DNA from: Candidatus Undinarchaeota archaeon
Lineage (GTDB): Archaea > SpSt-1190 > JASMDC01
Direction: 5' to 3'
DNA: 64,000 nt
Assembly (NCBI GenBank): GCA_964519305.1
Contig: CAZFHY010000008.1
Span: 32,001 to 96,000, forward strand
This document shows positions 29,146 through 37,562 of this stretch, one piece after another. A program made the position numbers and the translations under genes. The stretch's first letter is position 1; the number at the start of each line of letters is the position of its first letter. Under the pieces are notes generated by a model. That model worked only from the letters and a program-made list of their open reading frames with translations. It was not told the origin of the DNA and ran no database searches.

Positions 29146-29493
29146 CTATTTAATTCCCGAGTTGGGTATGAGGCAGAGGAACTCGAAGTCCTCAGGACCG
29201 GCGTTGAGGAACTGGTGCCACTTGCCGCCTGGCATGAAGAGCACGCTCCGCGGGCCCAGCTTGTTGTCACCCTCCTCGGTACGCACGATACCCTCGCCCT
29301 GGAGCACGAATACCTCATGCTCCCAGTCATGCTGGTGATAGGGAGTGCAGCCATCCTTCTCAACACGGAAGAGGCGCATGGCAAAGTTCTCGGCACCCAC
29401 CTTTTGATCGATGAGCCATCGGATGGAGATATCCCGGGCACCCTCCATCTTCACGGGACTTTCGTCAACATCCTCGGCCTTGGCGATGAACAT
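29146..29493 (-). CDS. Cupin domain protein
   Basis: TPYHQHDWEHEVFVLQG and PGGKWHQF cupin motifs. Confidence 0.9.
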   Translation of the reverse strand: MFIAKAEDVDESPVKMEGARDISIRWLIDQKVGAENFAMRLFRVEKDGCTPYHQHDWEHEVFVLQGEGIVRTEEGDNKLGPRSVLFMPGGKWHQFLNAGPEDFEFLCLIPNSGIK

Positions 29494-29587
29494 GAGAAGC
29501 ATGGGTATCTCCGTGCTTAAAAGTCTGTGTTTGGGTCGGGGACCGGTCACGGTGAACATAAAAAGGTTCACCGCGCCACCATCCCCT

Positions 29588-30049
29588 ATGTCGACTCCCG
29601 GCCGCCGTATCCTTGTGCTCTACCATTCGAGCTCCGGGAACACGCGACGGGCCGCCGAGCTGGTTGCCCAGGGTGCGTTCGGTGTTGAAGGAGTGAGCGT
29701 CGAGACCATCCCTGCCGATACGTACGATCCGGACATCCTTGAACGAATGGACGGGATCGCTGTGGGAAGCCCTGATTTCTTCTCGTACGTTGCTGGAGAA
29801 GTGAAGTGCTTCTTCGACCGGGCATATCGCGACACTCGCGTCGACGGCAAGCCTTTCGTGGCGTTCGGTACCCATGGCGGTGGTGGTAAGGTCGTAGAGG
29901 TTCTGGAGAAACTGAGCACGTCTGTCGGGCTCGTGAGGGTCTGTCCCGGAGTGATCGTCAAAGGACGGCCCGGGCCGGAGGATGAAGAACGGCTCCGGGA
30001 ACTTGGACGTGCTCTGGGAATGCGATTGTTGAAGGGTTCGGAGGAATGA
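29588..30049 (+). CDS. Flavodoxin/WrbA-like FMN-binding protein
   Basis: YHSSSGNT, GSPDFF and FGTHGGG motifs. Confidence 0.88.
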   Translation: MSTPGRRILVLYHSSSGNTRRAAELVAQGAFGVEGVSVETIPADTYDPDILERMDGIAVGSPDFFSYVAGEVKCFFDRAYRDTRVDGKPFVAFGTHGGGGKVVEVLEKLSTSVGLVRVCPGVIVKGRPGPEDEERLRELGRALGMRLLKGSEE

Positions 30050-30050
30050 G

Positions 30051-31661
30051 GTGGGCTCTATCGTGGTATGGACCGTCGCAAGCTTGTTCCGGATCCTCCT
30101 ATTGCTACCAGTGCTAGCGCTCCCCGGAGCATCGCTGCTCCGAGCTGCCCGCTGGCGTGGGACGGTCCTCGAATGGTGCGCTCTTTCACTCACCATGGGG
30201 ATATTGGTGGTGCCCCTCGTCACCTATCTCCTATTCCTTGTGGGGTACCTCCCGGTTAGCCTTATGCTCCTGATGGTGGTCGCTCTGACCATCACGGTGG
30301 CCTGTGCTATTCTCCCGGGTGGCAGTCTTCGGGTCTCGGATAGCGACCGTTTCGACGCGCTTGCAGTAGCGGCCGCCGGTGTCATCATCATATGGAACCT
30401 CCTAGCTGTACCTGTGGAGCTCGAGACCGCTGGGGATACCCTGCCACTCGTGACGGGGGCGGGAGCGTTCCGCTTCGGTATGCGCCCGCTCGGGGCTACG
30501 CTTTACAAGCATACAATGCTCACATTGCTTGGACCCGCGAACGAGCCCCTCGTTATGGGGACCGTGCTCGGGCTCATCCTCCTTCTCACGTACTCTGCTG
30601 GACGTGCACTGACAAGCAGTCCAGTTCCCTCCCTTGTGGCCGCACTGGTCCTCTCGCTCAACGGGACGGTGCTCAACTTCGCTTCGTTCATCACCGCCTT
30701 TCTCGCGCTGTTCGGAGGATGTGCTCTACTCCATCTCCTAGTGAAGGCTCGTTCGCCACGTCAATGGCTCCTTGTTGGACTGGCGCTCGGCAGCTGCTAC
30801 TTCTACCGGAAGGAAGCGGTCCTCCTGACCGTTCCCGTTCTTGTCCAACTGGTGAGGGGAGCAGGTCTACGAGGCCCCCGTCTCATCGCATTCTGCACGG
30901 GCGCGGCCCTTGTAGTGGCGCCTGTGTTGCTCGGCCACCAGCTCAACTTCGGCAGGATACTCGTACATGAAGCACACACCAGCCCTCTACCAACGGAAGA
31001 ATGCCCGCCCCACTACAACCATGTCCTCGGTCCTTTCTCGTTCTGCATGTACGGTATGCTGAACGCTCCCTTCTACGCAGTCGTGGTCCGGACACCGGGC
31101 TATGCTTTTCCATCGTTCCTTTACATGCCTCTACTGGTGGTCCGTACATTCGGACTTGTCCTAGCGGCCTTGGCGGCCGCTGGTCTCGTATTGCGTGGGA
31201 AGGACGGGGCAGGACCGGTCCTATTGACATGGACCCTGCTCATGCTCACGTTCCTCGGTCTTAACGAGAACTGGGGCCCGCCCAAGACATCGCTCATGTT
31301 CATCGCGCTCCCTCCACTTGGGCTCGCTGTCGGCCGCGGACTGGCTCTACTGCTCCGAATGGATCGACGCGAGGCGGTGCGTGCTTATCTTGCGGCCTTC
31401 GCCGCTGTAGTCGTGTTCGTGGCCGCAGCAGGCTACGTGGACGCACCTCCTGATGCGCGGTACGCTCTTCACATCCCCTTCATGTCGGAGGATGTGCTCG
31501 CGGTCCGACAGGCCCGCGTTGAACTTCTCTCGCCTTCACTGCTGCCGGTGGCCCCGCACTTGGATGCAGATTGGTCGGTCGAATACATGACGGACCAGTA
31601 CGTTCAGTGCACAGGGGACGCACGTATGTGCTATCCAGCGGTGGTCGCCCGGCCGTTCTAG
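30051..31661 (+). CDS. GT-C-like multi-pass membrane protein
   Basis: More than 12 TMs; N-terminus resembles the 25807 protein; R.EA and P.L......NFG features. Confidence 0.6.
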   Translation: MGSIVVWTVASLFRILLLLPVLALPGASLLRAARWRGTVLEWCALSLTMGILVVPLVTYLLFLVGYLPVSLMLLMVVALTITVACAILPGGSLRVSDSDRFDALAVAAAGVIIIWNLLAVPVELETAGDTLPLVTGAGAFRFGMRPLGATLYKHTMLTLLGPANEPLVMGTVLGLILLLTYSAGRALTSSPVPSLVAALVLSLNGTVLNFASFITAFLALFGGCALLHLLVKARSPRQWLLVGLALGSCYFYRKEAVLLTVPVLVQLVRGAGLRGPRLIAFCTGAALVVAPVLLGHQLNFGRILVHEAHTSPLPTEECPPHYNHVLGPFSFCMYGMLNAPFYAVVVRTPGYAFPSFLYMPLLVVRTFGLVLAALAAAGLVLRGKDGAGPVLLTWTLLMLTFLGLNENWGPPKTSLMFIALPPLGLAVGRGLALLLRMDRREAVRAYLAAFAAVVVFVAAAGYVDAPPDARYALHIPFMSEDVLAVRQARVELLSPSLLPVAPHLDADWSVEYMTDQYVQCTGDARMCYPAVVARPF

Positions 31662-32527
31662 CGGTCCGATGCCAGTGCGGGGACCCAGTTAGCACGTACA
31701 GAATCACATGTCGACCTGAGAGCAGCATCACTTATCAGGTCGCATCGCGCCACGTCGCTCAGGGACATAGGTCCGTTCGTATAGCAGATGTCGCGGTGGT
31801 ATATGTCATTGATACTGGCACAGGCCTCGTCCGGGATGCCATGCAACGCCAGACGCTCCACGCAGATATCCCGCCAGGATTCTGAGGGTACAGTCCTGCA
31901 AGCGGTCACTTCACCGGAACGTACGATGAGAGCGGTCTGACAGAACGTACCGAGCTGTGGTTCTTCTGTACCGCCACATGCCACGACGTCGCCTTGTATC
32001 AGAGCCTCGGACACGAGTGATACATCGTCAGTGTGTTGGACCGAGCGTGGATCCCCGGACGAAAAGACGCTGAAGAGACAATGTGCTCGCCAACCTGTGT
32101 CGACCACCTTGATGCAGAGGTCGACATCGGACGTCTGTGAGCCTACTTGTGCCCGACAAGCATCCAGGGTAAAACGATCACTGATGCTCTCGCAAAGCGA
32201 ACTGTCGCCCTGGCCGAGGGCTCGTGCCCAGAAACACCTATCCCGTCCCTGTTCGTCGACGATGTTCCTGCAGAACGCTTCCCCTCCCGGTAGTCCCGGT
32301 CCCGTATGGAGAAGGCAGGTCTCACGCAGCGGGTCGTTCACGATAGAGGCGCAATCGCCAGGATCGTCATCGGCTGCGGCCTGCTGGAAGATACAGAGCC
32401 CATGAGAAGGCCCCTCGGGTAGTGAACTGCAGTCCCAGGCATCCGCTCGGGCAGCGGAAGCGGCCAGGAGGATACATAGAAGCCATATACCGAGGAGGGC
32501 GATGGACGTGCGAGATGTACCCTCCAT
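31658..32527 (-). CDS. Secreted Cys-repeat protein (C..I.....RD.C repeats)
   Basis: Signal peptide; about 9 units such as CASIVNDPLRETC, CRNIVDEQGRDRC and CASINDIYHRDIC. Confidence 0.8.
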   Translation of the reverse strand: MEGTSRTSIALLGIWLLCILLAASAARADAWDCSSLPEGPSHGLCIFQQAAADDDPGDCASIVNDPLRETCLLHTGPGLPGGEAFCRNIVDEQGRDRCFWARALGQGDSSLCESISDRFTLDACRAQVGSQTSDVDLCIKVVDTGWRAHCLFSVFSSGDPRSVQHTDDVSLVSEALIQGDVVACGGTEEPQLGTFCQTALIVRSGEVTACRTVPSESWRDICVERLALHGIPDEACASINDIYHRDICYTNGPMSLSDVARCDLISDAALRSTCDSVRANWVPALASDR

Positions 32528-32674
32528 ATCTAGGGACTCCCATTACACCTTTTTATTTGTTCGTCCCTGACGGGCGGCCTGCCGTGAGTTTTTTAACCGT
32601 TGGTGTTGTGCCCGATGACGCGGGACGATGCCGATGGAATCGGTCCTATCGTGTCGTAAGGGGTGAGGTGGACC

Positions 32675-34165
32675 ATGACGGAGAACTACGTTATCGCGCT
32701 CGATGAAGGGACGACCAGCGCCAGGGCCGTGATCTGGAACGCAGAGGGACGTGAGGTCGCGTCCGGCCAGCTGGAGTTCGAACAGGTGTACCCGAAACCA
32801 GGGTGGGTGGAGCACCGACCTGAGGACATCTTCATCGCTCAGCGCGCCTCCCTGCGAGAAGCGCTGGACAGGGGAAAGATATCATTGAGCTCGATCGCAG
32901 GTATCGGGATCACAAATCAGCGGGAGACTACCATCGTGTGGGACCGGAAGACCGGAAAGCCCGTGCACAACGCCATCGTCTGGCAGTGCCGGCGGACATC
33001 TGGTATCGTGGACAAGCTGGTAGCCGACGGTCACGGGGACCTGTTCACACAAAGGACCGGGCTCATCCCCGACTCGTACTTCTCGGCCACAAAGCTCAAG
33101 TGGATCCTGGACAACGTCCCGGGTGCACGGGAACGGGCCGAACGTGGCGACCTCCTCTTCGGGACCGTGGACACCTACCTCCTGTGGCGTCTTAGCGGTG
33201 GGAAGGTCCACAAGACTGACTATACGAACGCCTCGAGGACCATGCTCTTCAACATCCACAAGCTCGCCTGGGACGAGGAGCTCTGCGGGATCCTCGATAT
33301 CCCGATGTCCATGCTCCCAGAAGCTCGACCGTCCAGCGAAGTGTACGGTCATACCGATCCCGCTATCGTGGGAGCGGAAGTACCGCTCTGCGGAGTGGTC
33401 GGCGATCAACAGGGAGCGTTGTTCGGGCAGTGCTGCTTCGATGAAGGCGAGATGAAGAACACATATGGCACTGGCTGCTTCCTCCTGCTCAACACCGGAC
33501 GCAAGGCGGTCCCCTCTAACAACCGTCTCCTTACGACGGTGGCCTACAGCCTCGAGGAGGGGAAGGCCCACTATGCGCTCGAGGGGGGCGTGTTCATCGC
33601 GGGAGCAGTTGTCCAGTGGCTACGCGATGGTGTGAACATCATCGACCATGCCAAGGAGACCTCTGGCATGGCGGAGAGCGTGGAGCACTCCGAGCTCTAC
33701 CTCGTACCGGCCTTTGTCGGACTTGGCGCACCCCACTGGGACCAGTACGCCCGCGGTCTGCTCATCGGGATCACTCGGGACACCGGACGTGCCAACATAG
33801 TACGAGCTGCGCTCGAGTCCGTCGCTTTCCAGGCCCGGGACCTTGTCGGAGCGATGGAGCGGGACACGGGAACACCCACCAAACACCTCACCGTGGACGG
33901 TGGGATGGCCCGCAACGACTTCCTGATGCAGTTCCAGTCGGACATACTCGGTGTCGATGTGGTGCGACCGCGCGTGCTCGAAACGACCGCTCTCGGGGCG
34001 GCGTTCCTTGCCGGACTTGCAGTGGACGTCTGGGACGGTCTTGACGAGATCCGTTCTCTGTGGCAGGCCGACGAGACATTCAGTCCCAAGGACATCGACC
34101 GGGACGCTCTGTACGACCGATGGCAGGACGCCGTGGGCCGTAGCGGGGGCTGGGCCAAGAAATAG
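32675..34165 (+). CDS. glpK: Glycerol kinase
   Basis: DEGTTSAR, ITNQRETT, WQCRRT, YFSATK, GDQQ, KNTYGTG and PAFVGLGAPHW motifs. Confidence 0.97.
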   Translation: MTENYVIALDEGTTSARAVIWNAEGREVASGQLEFEQVYPKPGWVEHRPEDIFIAQRASLREALDRGKISLSSIAGIGITNQRETTIVWDRKTGKPVHNAIVWQCRRTSGIVDKLVADGHGDLFTQRTGLIPDSYFSATKLKWILDNVPGARERAERGDLLFGTVDTYLLWRLSGGKVHKTDYTNASRTMLFNIHKLAWDEELCGILDIPMSMLPEARPSSEVYGHTDPAIVGAEVPLCGVVGDQQGALFGQCCFDEGEMKNTYGTGCFLLLNTGRKAVPSNNRLLTTVAYSLEEGKAHYALEGGVFIAGAVVQWLRDGVNIIDHAKETSGMAESVEHSELYLVPAFVGLGAPHWDQYARGLLIGITRDTGRANIVRAALESVAFQARDLVGAMERDTGTPTKHLTVDGGMARNDFLMQFQSDILGVDVVRPRVLETTALGAAFLAGLAVDVWDGLDEIRSLWQADETFSPKDIDRDALYDRWQDAVGRSGGWAKK

Positions 34166-34176
34166 GACCTTCGTGA

Positions 34177-35235
34177 CTACCGGTCCGCACCTGTCGGAGC
34201 ATCGCTGTCACTGCCCGAGAACAGGTTCCTGAGGTACACGCAGATGACCCGGGGATGGTATCGCGGATTGAAGAGCACGTTGGGAAGCATGTTGCATCCA
34301 TGCGTGCAGAAGCACCTCATGCTCGTTATCCTCTCCCTGACACTGATCGCCTCCTTTGACGACCACAACTTCCTAAAGTCGAGATCATGCTCACGGAGGT
34401 TACCCATCTTCAGGTCCAGTAGCTCACAGGGGAAAACATCCCCGTTGACATGGATGACGGCGTTGATGCTGCCAGCATAGCACGGTGTGATGAATTTATC
34501 CTCTCTCACTGTCTGGATGGTGAGCTGGGTCATCACCTCCTTCGCGCTCTCGACAAGGTTCCCCTTTGTCCTCCTGAACACTTCCTCCATCAGTCTCTCA
34601 TAGGTAGCGATGTCGATATCAGCGATCGCGGGGTCCTGGACATCACCGCGTACGAGCGGGAAGTTTGTGATGTCGGGTCGAAGGTTCTCTCTCAACCATT
34701 CGAGTATGGTGAAGATCCTGTCCTCGTTCAATCTCGAGTATGCGGTTATCGTTCCGAGCTCAAGTCGATCGTTCTCGATGGAGCGCAGCTCCTTGAACGT
34801 CCTTACGGCCTTGTCGAACACACCCTCATTCCCGCGTATCCGATCGTGACGCTCTCCGATATCGTCGATGCTCACGAACACCCTGATCCTGAGCTTGGGG
34901 CATGCCTCCAACGTACTCTCGACCAGCTCGCGTGCAGGTACCGTCCCGTTGGTCGGGATAACGAGGTACCGCATCCTGTTGTTCCTGTAGAACGTCGTGA
35001 CTATATCGAGGAGGTCCTTTCGCAGAAGGGGTTCCCCACCGGTGAGCGAGAGGACAGCGAAGCGCCCCATGCTCTTTGATATCTGCTCGATCTCGTCCAG
35101 ACCGAGCTCACCCTCAGTGTAATTGAGCTCCTTCCAGAAGAAGCAGTGGCTGCATTTGCAGTTGCATCGGTTCGTGACGAAGAACGTGACATACTCTGGT
35201 AGAGCATCTCTTTTAGACACGATCTTGCCTAACAT
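34177..35235 (-). CDS. Radical SAM protein with SPASM/twitch domain
   Basis: CNCKCSHC and TGGEP motifs; CYAG...GDVFPC and CFCTHGC. Confidence 0.9.
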   Translation of the reverse strand: MLGKIVSKRDALPEYVTFFVTNRCNCKCSHCFFWKELNYTEGELGLDEIEQISKSMGRFAVLSLTGGEPLLRKDLLDIVTTFYRNNRMRYLVIPTNGTVPARELVESTLEACPKLRIRVFVSIDDIGERHDRIRGNEGVFDKAVRTFKELRSIENDRLELGTITAYSRLNEDRIFTILEWLRENLRPDITNFPLVRGDVQDPAIADIDIATYERLMEEVFRRTKGNLVESAKEVMTQLTIQTVREDKFITPCYAGSINAVIHVNGDVFPCELLDLKMGNLREHDLDFRKLWSSKEAISVRERITSMRCFCTHGCNMLPNVLFNPRYHPRVICVYLRNLFSGSDSDAPTGADR

Positions 35236-36134
35236 ATCAATCCCCAGATGATACCGCATAGGAACATCAAGAAGTTCAGTTCGTGAAAGATGACGGTAGG
35301 GACAAGGAACCCGAGACCTTTCTCCCGATATATCAGACCGAAGAAACCCAGGTTGACGAGCCAGAAGAGGGGTGGCACGGGGGAGAGCACGATCCCGAGG
35401 AGCTTGCCCCAGTGATGATGAGAGGCACTCGGTGCCATCTGGACCTGCTCCCTGTAGTTCTTTACCGATTTGGCCTTGTACCTAGAGATCATGAGGCTCC
35501 GTCTGAGGATGCCCGACAACGTGAACTCCTTGAGATGGGTCACTTCTATACCTTTGTCCAGGAGAATCGTTCTGCCTTCCTTGAACAATCTGAAGCCCCA
35601 AACGTCGTCCTCTGCCGTCAACAGGTCATCATCGAAGGGGATGAAATGGTCCCTCCGCACAGCAAAACAGTGAGTGCTCGCGGCCTGGAGGTACTTCTCG
35701 GCGATCCTGTCGAAGATGTAGTGCTCGTAGAGGTTCTGGTACTGCGATGCGAAACTGTCCACGGGGCAATCCTTCGAGTACACCGTCTGGACAGCAGAGA
35801 TGTCATTGTTCTCAAGGTCGTCCCTTATCATCTGTAGCGTATCGGGAGTGACCCTCACGTCAGCATCGAGAAAGAGCAGGACCTCGCCTTGCGCATTCTT
35901 CGCCCCTATGTTCCTTGCATGGCCAGCCCCCAATCTTCCATCGCTCGAAAGAACGGTGATCGGGATGTCCTTGTGGTCAGCGAGAAGATGTGGTTCTAGC
36001 ACACCCTCGTGCACGATGATGATCTCGAAGTCCTTGAACGTCGAAGAGACTAGCGCTCCAAGTACCTTCTCAAGGGATCCGCTGTTGTCCATTGACGGAA
36101 TGATGATGGAGAACGACGGGGTCCCCATTCTCAT
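35229..36134 (-). CDS. Family 2 glycosyltransferase
   Basis: SIIIP, ARNIG, FLDAD and ED motifs; C-terminal TMs. Confidence 0.9.
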   Translation of the reverse strand: MRMGTPSFSIIIPSMDNSGSLEKVLGALVSSTFKDFEIIIVHEGVLEPHLLADHKDIPITVLSSDGRLGAGHARNIGAKNAQGEVLLFLDADVRVTPDTLQMIRDDLENNDISAVQTVYSKDCPVDSFASQYQNLYEHYIFDRIAEKYLQAASTHCFAVRRDHFIPFDDDLLTAEDDVWGFRLFKEGRTILLDKGIEVTHLKEFTLSGILRRSLMISRYKAKSVKNYREQVQMAPSASHHHWGKLLGIVLSPVPPLFWLVNLGFFGLIYREKGLGFLVPTVIFHELNFLMFLCGIIWGLIC

Positions 36135-36190
36135 CGGGCCTCGCAGGGAGTGATCGTATCGTCAATGACCACTCCCGGATGCCTCCCTCG

Positions 36191-37264
36191 TCACTTCTTC
36201 GGGACGAGCTCCGGGAACAGTCCGACGATAGTCTCCACGGCCTTGTCGACACCGTCCCAGATAGGATCGAACGTCGGGATGCCGAAGGCCTCCTCGTACT
36301 TCTTCTTAGTCGCTTCGACGTCCTCACGGCTCATGTTCTCATGGTTGATGGCGATGGCCACGATCTTGGTCCCGGAGAAGTGCTCGATGAGGGATATCGC
36401 TTCCTTCACGGGCGGGAGCTCGAACTGCGGGAACCCGGCCCGCGTCTTTCGGGCAGGGGGTACCTGTAGGATGATCGCATCGGGGTTCGAACCACGGATG
36501 ATATATGCAGTTGTGATATACGCTGGATGGTCCAGGGCACCCTGGCCTCCCACGATCACTAGGTCACCGTGCTCGCAAGCATCGACGACCCTACGCTCAA
36601 CAGCGCCCGAGATGAACTCGGCCGGGAGAGCGTCCACGGCAACGCGGTGCCGGGCACCTTGCATGGCGCCGGTCTGGCCTGTCGTTACCAGTCGGACGGA
36701 TATCCCGAGGTCCTCGAGCTTTTCGAACATGAACATCTGTGTAGTGCGCTTTCCGACACCTCCGTCGGTGCCGAGGAGGAGAACGACCGGCTTCTTCTTA
36801 TTGTAGATATCGCCGCTGAGCACTCTCATCTCGCGCTTCTTGGGCGGTTTACGGATGTCCCAGATATCTTTTCCCGTCCGTTCCATGGCCTGGATGAACT
36901 CCTCGTCCTCGGTAAGGAACTCGTGAAGACCGTTGACGACGTCCATCCCCATCTCCATTGCCTTGATGAAGATCGGTCGGAATTCTTCGGGGAACATCCC
37001 GTCATAGGTCGCCAGGCCCATGATGATGCACTGTGGCTTCTGTTCGGCCTTCTCATAGGCCTCCTCCATCGAACCGAAGATAGGGATCGGTTTGGCAGCT
37101 TCGAGGACCTGGTCTGCCGTCTTTCCGGTATGTCGGCTGTCAATGATACCCATGAGGGAGTACTTCCGCGAGAAGCGTGAGAGGCCATTGGCGCTCTTGC
37201 CCAGGCCGTCTCCGAAGCCTCCTTCAGCTATCACGATGGCAGGAATCTGGTCTTTGTATTCCAT
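36191..37264 (-). CDS. DUF1611 family P-loop protein (DgcN-like)
   Basis: GKSANG, VNGLH.FL, GTDGGVGKRTT, TGQTG, FISGAVE and GQGAL.HPAY motifs. Confidence 0.85.
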   Translation of the reverse strand: MEYKDQIPAIVIAEGGFGDGLGKSANGLSRFSRKYSLMGIIDSRHTGKTADQVLEAAKPIPIFGSMEEAYEKAEQKPQCIIMGLATYDGMFPEEFRPIFIKAMEMGMDVVNGLHEFLTEDEEFIQAMERTGKDIWDIRKPPKKREMRVLSGDIYNKKKPVVLLLGTDGGVGKRTTQMFMFEKLEDLGISVRLVTTGQTGAMQGARHRVAVDALPAEFISGAVERRVVDACEHGDLVIVGGQGALDHPAYITTAYIIRGSNPDAIILQVPPARKTRAGFPQFELPPVKEAISLIEHFSGTKIVAIAINHENMSREDVEATKKKYEEAFGIPTFDPIWDGVDKAVETIVGLFPELVPKK

Positions 37265-37378
37265 GATTATGTCCCCCTTTTGATAATGGAATTGACGGGG
37301 GAAAGCAATATAAAACGGAAGGACGCGCGGGCCATAACGTTGAATTAACGTTCGGGAACAAGTGAGTGGTTCTAGGGG

Positions 37379-37519
37379 CTACTCATCAAAGAGGCTCTTA
37401 TCGGTCCAGAACTTCTTCTCCTTCTTTTTCCGTTTGAGGAATACATCGTAATCCTCGTACTTCTGGCGGAATAGGAGTTTCATGACGTAGGACCCGTAGG
37501 TGTCTTTATGGTCTCCCAT
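37379..37519 (-). CDS. 46-aa basic microprotein downstream of the multi-Ubl gene
   Basis: Manual translation MGDHKDTYGSYVMKLLFRQKYEDYDVFLKRKKKEKKFWTDKSLFDE; TATTTAT about 30 nt upstream. Confidence 0.5.
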   Translation of the reverse strand: MGDHKDTYGSYVMKLLFRQKYEDYDVFLKRKKKEKKFWTDKSLFDE

Positions 37520-37562
37520 TACCCTACTATAATAGTGCCGCCCATCGCATAAATATCTACGG

